Source: Blasia pusilla
Lineage: Eukaryota
Assembly (NCBI GenBank): GCA_050084515.1
Contig: CM114271.1
Coordinates: forward strand, 5,332,001-5,396,000
Length of the DNA: 64,000 bases
Direction: 5' to 3'
Shown: piece by piece, positions 1-12,702 of the stretch
Layout of the letters: each line of letters begins with the position of its first letter
Position numbering within the stretch: the first letter of the stretch is position 1
Translations under genes and position numbers: made by a program
Notes under the pieces: generated by a model
Database searches by the model: none
Told to the model about the DNA's origin: nothing
What the model saw: only the letters and a program-made list of their open reading frames with translations

Positions 1-1058
1 GCAATGAAGTCCTTAATCTTTGAGAAACAACAGATGCTCAGAACAACCAGGTTTGCAGTAACTCCTTCAGGTTCTAGAAACAGAGTCCCATGAACCCCCA
101 GGAGCCATAGTTGACACGAAGAACTAATCTGAAATGAGAGGATACTTCACAAAGAGCTGAATGACAAACAACACCTCTCCTGATACCTCAGATAAAATCC
201 AAACCAACTCTCAAAGCGACTGACAACTTTGATCACAAATGGGTCAACAGCTTGATGTGTGAGAGATACCTCTTTTGGAGAATCTTCCCAATTTGAATAG
301 TTTTATCACTTACCTTGGCCCAGGCCCAAAACGCATAACAAAACTTCTGCTTCAACCTCTGACAGATCAAAAGCAGCCTCGTTAGTACAACACTAAGGAT
401 GGGAGAAGAGCTACAACAATGAAGCCCTGACAACAGCTCATTGCAGAAATTCCAACTTCATCCCATTTCATCTCTGAGGATCAGCTTTGCATAAAGGAAA
501 TCCTCAATCAGACAAACAGCAGCTTCATTCCAAACATAATTACAAAGGAGGTGATCAATGGAAGTCTCAGTTGCTCATTCATGTAAACAACTCACGATAC
601 TACAATACACTGTGCCAGCACAACTGCATGAATCACCAGAGCTTACTGGCATATTGACACTGAATGGATGCAAAATTCACAAAGACTACTTGCTGAAATG
701 GATAAGACTGTTGCAGTCCTTTACTAACCACTCATCATTGATTTCTTTACAGCAGGAATCCACTCTGCAGATTGATTGATTCCGTAATGTGCAGTTCACG
801 CATTTGTAGCTGTGAAAGTCTCTTGTAGTGTGGCCTCAAGTCTAGTGCTAAAGTATTCTACACTTGCTATATGTACTCCACCAATTTCTGAGACGGCATT
901 TGAGCACAAAACAAAATCCGTAGAGCGACACCAGCTCTCTAAAGACTATTTGATGTATAATCTAATTTGTGTCAACTCCATTCAACTGACTCAACCCTGT
1001 ATCCATGTCAAAACTGTGTGCCTAAACTCCATTGTTTGGAATGTTACTAACATTTAGC

Positions 1059-4000
1059 TCAGCCAGCCTTCATCTTTGGACTCCTCATCCTTGGACTCCC
1101 TCCTTGAGAAGAAGAGGAAGAGGAGGATAATGAAGGTGGAAGTTTTTTAGAACCTTTTTGTTGGTCCATATCAGCAACATCCTTGTTAAAAGCCTCAGCT
1201 AGAATTTCCTTCAATTCCTCTAAGCGCTGCTTCTTCAATGACTGCTCCTCTGGCTGTCCTCTATCATAACTGATAATATCACCCATGTCGTCATCCATAT
1301 ACTTATTCACTAGCATTGAACACCGAGGGAAAAACCGGTGTCCTAATTCCACTGCAACCATCCCAATCATCCACAATGTCAGGAATGTGATACACGAGTT
1401 TCCTAACTCGCAAACTACTTTCTCTGACTGAGGGGACCTTAAGCAGGGATCTCAAAGGGCCATGGGACTTAGTTTTGCAAGTTGTACATCAGTTGGACAA
1501 GAAAAAACCTCACCAGCAAGGGCCTAAAAGGACCTTTGTGCGAGAGAAACAATGGGAAGGAACACCTTGAACATAAAAAAAAGGTGGCTCTCCCCCACTG
1601 CATCAGGGTTGCATGAGGGAAGGAATAAACCTACGACCCAGAATGAAACACTTTGAATCCCTCCCTCTTGTTATAAAAATGACAAATCATTATTTGAAGA
1701 AGTCAAAACTTAGCATGTGACCGGTTTCAACTAGAATGACAAAAGAGATGAGAGCAACAGAACCTGCTCTTACAAGCGCACTAACTCTTTGAAGGAGTCC
1801 AGCATCCAAACCAGGCTCAGGGCTGTCAGAACTTGTATCATTGTTTGAAACAGCCCGCCTTGGTGGTAACTCTTTTCTAGCTGTTTCACACAAAAACAGA
1901 CAGCTTTAGATACTATAAAGATGAATTTCATGACCAGTAAGGCTAGAAAGAAACCACCAGACCTCTGCTGATAATAGCTGTGGAGACTTACGCAAATAAA
2001 GAGGCAAAGTGGATGTTGGAGGTTGGTCGCAAATGGCCAGTTTTTCGACTCCTGTGAACTCAGCTGTCGACTCCAGGTGTGAAAGACTTATAACAATTTG
2101 CGCTTCTCGAGGGAACATTACCTTGGCCAAGCTAACTGTCAAAGAAAAAAAACACTTCTGAGATCACCTTATGTATTGCTTAATGTCTACTGTGAAACTA
2201 TGTAAGATCAAACTAAAAACAATATACTATAAGTACCAAATAGTCGCTGAAGCTTAAACGTTTTTTAACATGTCAGAGACATGTTTTTTAACATGTCTAA
2301 TGAGATGGGGTGAGATTGATTGTGCTTTCAAACATACATAAAATGATTCCTCTCATAGACACCACAATCCCCTTCAACCTTTTAAAAAGAAGGGCATTCA
2401 TATTGAACTCTGACCTCGATTCTCCAAGTAGAGAAGTTTCTGCACTAGCTCCTTCTCAGAGGTGACTAACATATTTTTCACCTCCCGGAAGGACTTAGAG
2501 TAGGTAGTCTGAGCCTCAGCTTGCTCTAGCATTTCAAGGCATAGTTTAGCCTTCTGTGTCTCCTCATCAGCCACACCTCCATCTTTCTCTCCCCTTCTCT
2601 TAGTTAGTCTCTTTACAATATCTGCACCTGTTCTACCATCCGGTGTGGTTACCTTCGATCGTGCTCCTTTTGAAAGGAGCCCCGCAAGAATCTCTGGTTC
2701 TCTCCTCATGCAAGCAATGTGGAGCACTGTCAAACCTCTACAATCCAACTTAGTTGGGTCCAACAATCCCAACTCAAGTAGTTCCCTCACAGTCTTTTCA
2801 TCACAGTACGCTGCCGCATAATGCATGCCCTGTACATCATCAAAGCTTACGTTTGCCTCTTTCAGTAACAGCAGTACCAGTTCCACATCATCAGAGTCCA
2901 ACGCCCTCTGCACTCGCCCGGCCTGTTTTTCTCTGTTCTCTTCTTCTTCAGATGGCATTCTCAACCCAAGTCTGCTTCGGCAATCCTTGACTTCCTGTGC
3001 GAGCTCTTTATTTAAAAGCTTCTCTAGATTGAGAAAGCTCCAGGAATCTTTGGCCAAAGTCTCCAAACAGCAGCTTTGTAACCTTGTGGCTCCATGGGTC
3101 TTTCCAACCATAATCATCAACAAGACATAGTCTGCAGGGATTTTCTCCACCAAGTTCAGCAGGTGTTGCTGCAACCAAACATGACAAAGAGGAATCATAA
3201 ATTAGAGAGGAACTTTGTAACATCTCTCTACACTGATACCAGTGAGCCTCACAGGCAAAAGGTGCCCGTTGCAGTCAATGTAAACCTACCCATCTCACAT
3301 TCAAGCCCAACCTAAAGATTTGCAGCAAAGGTCTGACCACTGACATTTCTGAAACCAACCTAAGACTCCCATCCTCTGCTGAAACCAATGAAGCCGTGTT
3401 CTTCACACATTGTTCTTGGGAGGCCTGTATCGCCCACTCTGACCCGACGATTTCTTCCTGCTTAATACCCCTTGTAAATGCTAGACCAGATAAGGTGCTT
3501 TAATCCAAGAAGTTCGCTCAAATTCAGACCGGGGAGTGTCTGAAGCTCGAGATCCCCCATCTGGCTCCATGAATAAACGCTCCACAATTCTCAAACGTTC
3601 AAAGTACACGGTCCTAGAGATAGCTTTCAACACTGGGGTATTAATAGAAGAGCAGGTGAGAAGTTCTGTAGACACGTCTGGAGATTGGAACCAATAAAAG
3701 CAATCTTTGAGGCCCTCCCTGGTTGTTTCAGACGTAGGAGTCAAGAGGTAAGGGGTTGCTTGGACTTTGAGTAATCAATAAGCTTACTACCATTGAATGT
3801 GTTGCAGCAAACAGTCTTCGACAAGAAGTTGTTCACCATGGTAGGACTCCTGATCCGAGGCATTCAAAGGATCACTGTCAGGTTATGCGTTTCTCAAAGC
3901 ACAAATACATTGCTCCAAATCAGAATAAGATGTCACGACACAGAGCTCATCGAACTGACTATGCGATCATCACAGACACTACCAAGGCAGGGACAATACC

Positions 4001-4938
4001 CGAAAGATTACTATTACACTTCAGGCGAATTGCTAAGAGAAGTCGGTGCTATTTCAACCAGGGTGGTGGTCTCCCGGTGAAGACCTTCAAGATGACACAG
4101 GAAAGGATGTACTTTCGTCTGCAATCTAAAGCGTAAGAACAGTTGACTCAGAACTAGCTAAGTGATTTCCAAAATCTTCCAACTACAGTTCACAAACACG
4201 AAGACCCAGAATCCCTTGCACGAATCAAGGACAGAAGACTTCGCTGAAGTCTGAAAGAGACTGCAACAACAAATCATGGCCTCCACGCTCCGACAACGGC
4301 ACGTCACTGGCAATGGAGAGCCAGGAACCTCCGCAGCAGCACACATACGCACAGCCCAGCAGCTGTGTATGCAGCCATGCAGGTTCAAGATTGGGAAGAG
4401 CGAGAGTTGACACCAAAACAACGAAACGTGGTCAACAAAATTCCAGGAAGTCAGCGCAGTGATACGACGTGAATTTTACCTCTGCACAGGCCTTCAGTTC
4501 TGGAAGGTTAAACACCGAGGCCGTGCGTAGAAAATCCAAAACGTACTTCACTACGGGGAAACAGGCTTCATGTGGACATTGATCGTCCAGACAAGAAACA
4601 GCGCTTCCCAAAAGCCTGATTCTACCCCCGTAGATGTATTTGACCACAGCAGTGAAAGACTCGTCCCCCACACTTTCAAGATCAGCAATCTTCCCCAGAT
4701 CCAACTCCGTCTGAGACTCATCAATGCAAGCGTTTTCGAAATAAGTCCGGAAGAAGCTGCATCGCGCTGCCAGAATGCACCGGTGCAGAGGGTACGCTCT
4801 ACCTTGCACGGAAATGGTGAAATCGCTAAGAAAACCGTTCAACAACTCTTCCAAATCCTCCCCTAATTTCTTGGAGTGAGTTGTTGACGTAGGACTGAAC
4901 CCTGGGCTTTCCCTCAGGGTCTGCGTAGAACCCAACAT
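1059..4938 (-). CDS. NPR1: NPR1-family BTB/POZ-ankyrin salicylic acid receptor/transcriptional co-regulator (5 coding exons, ~588 aa)
   Basis: Exons 4938-4480, 3168-2415, 2135-1992, 1880-1764 and 1351-1059 join in frame at GT..AG sites (1767 nt). Motifs: BTB (LHRCILAARC), CLDDQCPHEAC, ankyrin repeats (RALDSDDVELV, MHYAAAYCD, RGLTVLHIACMRREP), LLYLENRV and VELGHRFFPRCS. An in-frame stop lies just upstream of ATG 4938. Orthology to NPR1 versus NPR3/4 is not resolved. Confidence 0.95.
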
Positions 4939-5039
4939 CTCTCAGAAAGTCCTCTCCCGACTTTCCCTTCGCTTCCCTACAATTTACACCACCCTCTCTG
5001 CCTCCCACCATTTATCATCACCCGGACCATCTCTGTCTT

Positions 5040-5054
5040 TCTCTTGCTCTCGCT

Positions 5055-5086
<32 letters not shown>

Positions 5087-5931
5087 CTTTGGGGATGCGA
5101 ACAAAGGGGAGCAGACAAGACTGCAGAGACTTGGGAGAGAGTCTAAAAGAAGAGTTACAAACCCAAATGGGCTCAGAAGAAATGGCTAGTAAACTACGAC
5201 GAATGGCAGAGAGGACCGTGCTGGGCTCGTCGTCGAACAGTCATGGCCCATGAGTCCTCTTGTGTTCTCTTTCTCTCTCTCTCTCTCTCGCTCTCGCTCT
5301 CTCTCTCAAGCTTTGGTGGGACCCAACTCTTGAAAGGCCCTGCTCGTTCGTTATTCCTCTTCTTCCTCTCCTCCATCATCATCATCATCTTCTTCTTCTT
5401 CTTCTTCAGCATCTTCAGCAGCAGCACCACTGTTGCACTATAGTTACTCCTCCCATGGATCCCATGTACCATTCCTTCTGTCACAGACAAAGAAATGAGT
5501 CGTTATCCATCTGCTGCACACCGTCGCAAGCATGTCTGCCTCCTCACAACCATCACCACGACCACGACTTCTACTCCTACTACTACTTCTTGTGCTCTCC
5601 GCTAACTCAATTGACCCCCAATTCTCCCACTTTCTGCTGCTGTTCCTTTCCTTGGCCCTTTCCTTACATAGATATTCTCCCCTGCTCCTCCTCAACTTCC
5701 CTGTCTGGACACTACCGGACTGCATCGCCCTGGACTTCGCAGTTCCCATGGCTCCTCCCGCAACCTCACCCTCATCCCCAGCCCCCCCTGCACCAGCAGC
5801 AGCAGCAGCAGAGAAACTGGGCCCCACGCTTTCAACGCCACCACTTTTCGTGTTTCATATGATGATTCTCTCTCTCTCTCTTTGCAAGGCTACGAGAGGC
5901 ACTACTTAATGAGTACAGTCTCTCTCTCTCT
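5040..5931. repeat. Microsatellite-rich 5' leader/promoter region of the NPR gene ((CT)n, (CAT)n, (CTT)n, (CAG)n)
   Basis: CT runs at ~5050-5088, 5270-5307, 5867-5881 and 5919-5931; trinucleotide runs at ~5374-5425 and ~5793-5810. Confidence 0.8.
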
Positions 5932-6444
5932 TTTTACAAGCACAAACACACATACACATCTCGCCAAGATCGTTTTTGTAGTCGTTTGGCCGACTCTTGC
6001 ATCAGCTGCTTCTGAGCTGAGCCCAAGGTCAGAGGGTCTTTTGTTTTGATTTTGATTTGATTTTGATGGGTTCTGCTCCCCGTGCCATGAGCGTTTTGGG
6101 GTCCCATGGGAGGGGAGCGCTTCAAAAAGCAAGAAGTCAGGAAGGAGTGAGTCGTGGTGGTCAAGCACGTCGTGCGTGCTGCCCACTGGGCTCCAAGCTG
6201 GTGGGGTGCGAATTCGTGGAGTCGCCACATCCCACAGTGCTGAAGGAGGCCTGGAGCTGTTACTACTACTACTGCAGCTCTCGAGTCCATAGATTCTCGG
6301 GGGTACCCACCCAACTGACATTCCTTCGTGTGCCACATTCCTCCACTGGAGATTCCACCATCAACATTCAATGCAAGCCTCCAAACACTCCAACCATTCC
6401 CATCTCTGCACATCTTCCCTCTCCACATTTGCAATCTTTTTGCT

Positions 6445-6900
6445 CTCAATCTCTCCATACCTTCGGAGGTAGACAACAACACAAAACTGCCCAAAACAAT
6501 AACTTCTCAACAACTTCTCCTCCTTCTTTCCGATCTCATTGCCCTCAATCTCTCCATGACTTCGGAGGTAGACAACACAAAACTGCCCAAAACAATAACT
6601 CCTCAACAACTCCTCCTCCTCCTTTCCGATCTCAATGCCCTCAATCTCTCCATGACTTCGGAGGTAGACAACACAAAACTGCCCAAAACAATAACTCCTC
6701 AACAACTCCTCCTCCTTCTTTCCGATCTCAATGCCCTCAATCTCTCCATACCTTCGGAGGTAGACAACACAAAACTGCCCAAAACAATAACTCCTCAACA
6801 ACTCCTGATCCTTCTTCTTCTTTCCGATCTCAATCTCTCCATACCTTCGGAGGTAGACAACACAAAACTGCCCAAACCAACAACAACTCCTCCTCCTCCT
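6445..6900. repeat. Tandem repeat, ~96-bp unit, ~4.7 copies
   Basis: The anchor ctcaatctctccat recurs at 6445, 6544, 6640, 6736 and 6829 (spacings 99, 96, 96, 93). Confidence 0.95.
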
Positions 6901-7072
6901 CCAATGAGTGAGCTACGTCTGCCCAACCCCATGAGCAGAGAAATCCCATCATCCAAACTCCTCAACACAAAGCTGCCCCAAACAACAACTCCTCCTCCTC
7001 CTCCAATGAGTGAGCGACGTCTGCCCAACCCCATGAGCAGAAAAATTCCACCATCCAAACTCTTCAACACCA
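6880..7072. repeat. Tandem repeat, 102-bp unit, ~2 copies
   Basis: ccaatgagtgagc..cgtctgcccaaccccatgagcaga occurs at 6901 and 7003. Confidence 0.9.
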
Positions 7073-7222
7073 CCGAAAATCATGCAAGTCGGTCAAACTT
7101 ATGGGACACACCAAATGCCTGCTCTACAATGCACTTCCCTTTGTGGGGATCGCCTTGAAACCCAAGGAATCATAATGATATGAACCTCATTTTGTACCAA
7201 GTATAAGTGCATTATCTTCATT

Positions 7223-8620
7223 AGGGGGGGGAGGAGTGTCACATGATGATGATGTGACGAATTGGAGAACAAGGTGAACTTCGTTAGCCTCTATGAATGA
7301 GGGGAACTTGAGTAAAATGCAAATAATCATATGACGAATAAGAGAAATATTTCAGCTCCATGAGCTTCTTGATGGTCTAAAGCAAATGATCATATGTGAA
7401 TGTAAGCCTCTTAAGCCTCACAAAATTCAAAGGTCTATGATCATAAGATGAATGGTAGAAGCATGCAAGATGCTTAAAAGTGAATGGTTTTCTTTGCTAG
7501 TAATTGAGGAAAAGGATTCCCATGTTAGGAAAACTCAAGGAAATATTCCCTGGAAAATTTTTCATTTTGGTATATGTAACAAAAATTCACACAAAATCTG
7601 ATTCTTACCATAATTTTTCTTCTAAAAAATTAGAGAAATTTTCAAATTTTCTTTGCTAAAATGTAAAAGGTTTTCTAAAAGAAGTGAAGCTTTTTCCAAA
7701 TAGTAAATGTGGAGAGTCATAATATCTCTTATGGGAAGAAAATAAGATGACTCACTAAGTTACATGTGGCTATGTATGAATGGAATGATTAATAGTTGCA
7801 TTTGTATAGTAATTGAAGAATGAGAAATTACTTAAGTAATGCCAACAAATATTCAAAGAAGTGAGGCCTCTTGATAGTATAATGAGGTATCTCATATATT
7901 CTTAGAAGTAAAAATATTTTTTTTCAAAAGGATATATATACACTCAAGCTAAAACTTGCCATGTATCAATGAGACATTAATGCATTACACAAGCATTCTT
8001 TCTAACATGATGACAGAGAAAAGCATATCAACTTCGCAAAACACATTATGGTCGAGAGCTAATAATTATTCATTGGCAGAAAGAAAATAAAATGTATTTC
8101 CTCAAATGATGCTCATTGGAACTATTGGCACTCACTAGACTCCCGAGGGATTATGTATCATGAAAATACCTCTTCATTGGAGATGGTTGGAGAAGTGTGT
8201 GCATGGCATATAAGAGTTTAGTACTAATATGATGAATGAGAGAAATCTATCATGGTCATTTATTCAAGCCTCTTTACTTTTAAAAGTGTACATGAAGAAT
8301 AGTAAAAAAATGTCATCTTCTAAAATCCTTGATCATTAGAAGCGAATTATCATAATATAATGAATAGGGGAAATACATCATATTATTAAAGATCTTCATG
8401 ATCAAAAGCAAATCATCATAACATGATGAATGAAATAGAAGCATATCACCATCTTAAGCGTCTTGATGGTCTAGAGTGAGTCATCACACGATGAATAAGA
8501 GAGACATATCAATTTCTTAAGCTTCTAATTCTTGGAAGAAAAATGATAAAATTATTATAAATGAGAGAAGCAAATAAGCTCCTTGAGTGTCTTCATGGTT
8601 GGAAGTAGACTATGATTGAA
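7223..8620 (+). mobile_element. Possible decayed LTR remnant (polypurine tract followed by TGTCAC, with degenerate ~65-bp subrepeats)
   Basis: aggggggggaggag at 7223-7236 is directly followed by TGTCACA at 7237. Degenerate tcttgatggtcta..atcat..gatgaat..gaga units occur at ~7320-7480 and ~8320-8620. The right boundary is not defined. Confidence 0.3.
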
Positions 8621-9548
8621 TTTACCTATGTTTATGGTTGGATCTACACTTCCATTCTTGCAATCTTCAATGAGTTGGAAGTTCTTGTTAAAATTCCATG
8701 CTCTTCTCTATTTTTGTCTTCTTCACTTTGGATCAATATGCACAATGTATCAAATTCATCATCCAAAAAAAATTTCCATTTGTTATCTTCTTTACAAAAG
8801 TAACTCTATATAGTCTGACATTTGATTTATGTGCTCATGAATTCATTGGAAAAAGTTTAAATATATGCATTATCTTCTTTACAAATGAAAGTAGATATTG
8901 GCTTGGATGATTTGTGGATATTTCCCATAACAAATAACAAGCAACACTTGACAAAACTCACGAAAAAATGTCATGAGTTTGCCGCCAAATGGAATTAATT
9001 TGTCCTAGATCAACAATGATCACTTCCATAATATCTTGTAAAGTATGATTTATTGCCTCAAATACGTGGCAATGAAGATTGGTGCTTCGTCCCATATAAT
9101 AAGAAAGAGATCTGAGCTGTAGGATAGCAAGGAGCCTAATACTTCTTGGTCTTGTCTATTTCCGAGAAGGATGTCCTCTCGTCGATTGTCCTCTGCTTGC
9201 CATCTTTGATTTTGTCACGGATGTAGTCTATACGTGAGCATGAGTTTGATCAATCCCTAACTTGCAAGGAGTGACGTTATGCCCATCGTATACATCCTTA
9301 GTTTTGCTTGGCAAGTAGGATTTACTCGATCCATGCAATTGTGGCTGATATCCATATGTCTGAAGATATAGATACGACTCAAGCACGTACCAGGCTCAGT
9401 TCAGCATCTCAATGTGAGGCCAAGCTAATTCACTTATTAAGCATGCTCCGGGATTACAAATGACAAATTAAAATAAATTAGAACTTGTAATTCCTAAAGA
9501 TAATACTTTAACGTATTAAGTAAATTGAATCTTAAGTATGTAAGGTTC

Positions 9549-9790
9549 TTACTTGCATGTAGAATTCTCATGAAGATTTATTGGAATCTTGAAGCATGAA
9601 TATGCATTATATTCTCCATCTAACAATAGAGCAGTTATTCTAGATAATGCCATAACCAAAGCTATTCCTCTTTTGCTCTCCACACACTTGCAAGAAGAAC
9701 ATTGTTTACAAATATCTTGCTTATTCCCCTTGGATTGTCTATGAAAAATATCTTTAGAGATGGTGGAGTATTCAAGCATATTTAATCAAG
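9549..9790 (-). pseudogene. Helitron RepHel remnant, Pif1-like helicase N-terminal part
   Basis: Frameshifted translation IFFIDNPRGISKIFVNNVLL (decayed Walker A) followed by GIALVMALSRITALLLDGEYNAYSCFKIPINLHENSTC resembles the Helitron helicase consensus IALAVASSGIAALLLPGGRTAHSRFKIPI. Confidence 0.8.
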
Positions 9791-11758
9791 CTCATCATGT
9801 ATTGTATCCCACATAACACATTTGTTCAAATAACTCCCCGGTATCATGGAATAGCTTTTGTTCCTCTCAATATGTGCATAAAGACTTCCAAAGTTAGCTA
9901 GGGCATATCTAGAAAAATATAATCTTGCTAATAATAATAGACTTCCAAAAATGCGGTAGTAATGATAGTATCATCATCATGAAGATTAGGTATTCCATTT
10001 TTTTACAATGGAATATGTCACATCTTAGTTAACCGACAGGTAGAGTTTTACTACGTCGACAACATAGAGGGAGAGATGGCTTTCCCAAGGCATCTTTCTC
10101 ATGTTGGGCCTTAGGAGCATCTCTCTTGCTTGTTTATGTGGGAACTAAGATGCTAGCCTCTAGATTTCCTCATAGCATAGGGTGGATGTGGCTCAATATG
10201 CCAATGTAGATTTAAGAATGGAGTTCTTGCCATGTGAGTCGTTCTTACTATTGTGTAGTCTCGATGTATATGTGTGAGTACGTATATTTTGTTTATGAAT
10301 GGATCAACCCATGTATTGGAAAAATTAATGTGGTGTTGTATGTAAATATGACCATCGATATGGATTGTGTAACGATGTGTATGCGCACAACAAAAAGTCC
10401 CAAAAAATCATGATTAGCAAGTTTGATGTTTAATAATAGATCCTAAAAGGAAAGGATAAATCATGTACTAAGTGGTATAAATAAAGTCTTCCCTTTCTTC
10501 GTTCATATAGGAGATCCTCATTGAGTGGAACTAAAAATTGACTAACAATGTAGCAAATTGAGCTGGTGTGTTGTAAGTGACAATGATTGGAAATAGACGA
10601 CAAAGTAAAGAACTCTGTTGTATGAATAGACATCTCTACCAACATACATCGGTTATCATGCACACAAGTCTAAGATCCATCTAATTGTGAATCCTAACAT
10701 GTCCACACATAAATAATTGGACAACCCTAATATAAAGCTGATATAAAATGTAAAATTTGCTAAGGCTTGCAATGAACTATGATTCATCCAAACATCCACT
10801 CAATGATATAGACTATGGTAACAATAGAAGAAAGTCTGAATTATACTCTCAATGTGTGTGATCGCCGATCAATCCTAGCCCACTCTCCAAGAGAGAATCG
10901 AGGCTCAATACATGCAAGTTGTATTGTATCACGTATCCCAACATGGGTTTGATCCAAGGAAGATGAGCTCTAAAATTAGATTCATCTGAGGTATTACCCC
11001 CTTGGGCACCTCCATGGGTGATCTATACACATAGGTAACCTCCTTGTAGCATGTCACTAACGACCTGGAGTACAAAAGGTACTCACTCCCTAACAACTAC
11101 ACATATGATCCTCTCATGAGACTAACTTCCAACTAACCCTCGACTCTATAGGCCCAAATGGCTCCACACAAAGGATGGGAGGATCAACCTCTCCAAGATT
11201 GTCACTCCTCATAAATGAAGGATAATCTATATTCATAGATCACCTCATAAGAGTAGGTCATATGTAAGCTCTCAAAATAGGGAATTACAAGATCCCTTTA
11301 AGGCTTTGATACTATCTCATCCTACGTCTCATCTACCATGACAATCCATACGGACTGTAGAAGCCTCTTCAAAGCAAAAGAACACTTCCCTATCATCCTC
11401 AAGAACTCCCAATTGGATAGTAGCGAGGGTGAGACACGAGATGTGAGATGCGAGGAAGTTTAAGCATTTCAAGTGATGATGGTCATAATCGAGTAATCTA
11501 GGACCAAACGCGAAGCAAGACTTGAGGACTTGGAATTTGACTAGCGTTTAAGGTAATAACAACCAGACCCAAGGTGCATTTGAGATGAATAAGATGGTGT
11601 TGGAAAGCTTATGCAAAGACGATTCCAAAAAATCAAAGATCCACACAAACGCATAAATAGAGATAGAAAAACTTCCCCTAAATTATAAGATTGGTAGTTG
11701 GGTTGAGGGCCAAAAGATGCATCATAAGAGAACTTTATCAAAGTTTGGGAGGGGATGG

Positions 11759-11874
11759 TGTCGTGCGCATACACATCAATACACAACATACATCGATGTT
11801 ATCAAACACACACGATCCCATGCTAACTCATGACATCCATATACAGAGGCGAGAAGTACCAAAATATCTCCAAT
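11759..11874 (-). repeat. Repeat B2 (116 bp), 3' terminus of the retroelement, ends ...GCACGACA
   Basis: Direct copy of 12390-12517, which has ~12 extra bp in a CA-rich tract. Confidence 0.9.
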
Positions 11875-12387
11875 TAAAGTAAGATCTAATCTCTCTCTAC
11901 ACCATCTCACACCATAGCTCTCAAAGGTGTGAAACTCTCTCTCATGTCAAACCAAACCCACTCTCCTAATGAGAGGCTTGGGTTACACTCACAAGGCAAG
12001 GGACCATAGCTCCGCCGCCTTATGCCAAGAAGTTCGACAAAGAGAGAATGAGCTCTCAAGCTTCCTCTCTTGGAGGTATACCCCCTTCCCTCTCCCAAGC
12101 CCTCTCAATGGTAACCTATGCTCGTAGGTCATCTCCTTGGCTCTTGACCTACTCTAGCGGGTCAAGGGCCACTTCCCAAAGTGGAAAGCCAACTATCCCC
12201 AATATGATAGCTTACCCGAAATAGTAAGTTTCTCTATATGGCTCCAAATGAGCCGAAATAAGGGAAAACCTGCTCTCTCATGTTTCTCGGGGCCTCAACA
12301 GGTCATTCTCGACCTCTTGGGCATGTCCTCCACTACTCGTGAAGACGCTCTGCTAGATCCCACCGATCTATCCTAGCAGTCGTGACA
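11875..12387 (-). repeat. Repeat A2 (513 bp), LTR-like, begins TGTCACGAC
   Basis: Direct copy of 18964-19476, with roughly 30 differences by eye (~94% identity). Confidence 0.93.
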
Positions 12388-12389
12388 GT

Positions 12390-12517
12390 TGTCGTGCGCA
12401 TACACATCGCTACACAACATACATCATTGTCATCAAACACACACACAAACATACACGATCCCATGCTAACTCATGGCATCCATACACAGAGGCGAGAAGT
12501 ACCAAAATATCTCCAAT
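12390..12517 (-). repeat. Repeat B1 (128 bp), immediately after a PPT-like tract and separated from A2 by a 2-bp AC spacer
   Basis: Minus strand reads CAGCTAGGGGGCG|ATTGGAGAT...GCACGACA|AC|TGTCACGAC. Confidence 0.9.
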
Positions 12518-12702
12518 CGCCCCCTAGCTGGTGGTTAGGTCCCTCTAACTCTACATAGCCATCTATCCCTACCTACCACAACATACATCTCTAGGACGCT
12601 AAGAGCAGAAAGATCGGGTGCTAATGTGGCCCCATCGTTAGTAGCCTTCCTGTCATCCATGTCACAAAAAAAGTCGGAATCGAAACCTACCTAGTATCTC
12701 CT

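Noticed and set aside
5194-5909. Overlapping ORFs with poly-H/Q/A/K/L tracts upstream of NPR
   Set aside because: They are by-products of di- and trinucleotide microsatellites, with no recognisable domain.
6445-6900. CRISPR-like array
   Set aside because: Units are repeated along their whole length with no unique spacers; eukaryotic context; no cas genes.
11700-11758. Treating the left flank as the continuation of the Helitron Rep cut at 19477
   Set aside because: Translation after YLSP does not continue as Rep sequence. The ATGG duplication is therefore only a candidate TSD (a 4-bp match can occur by chance).
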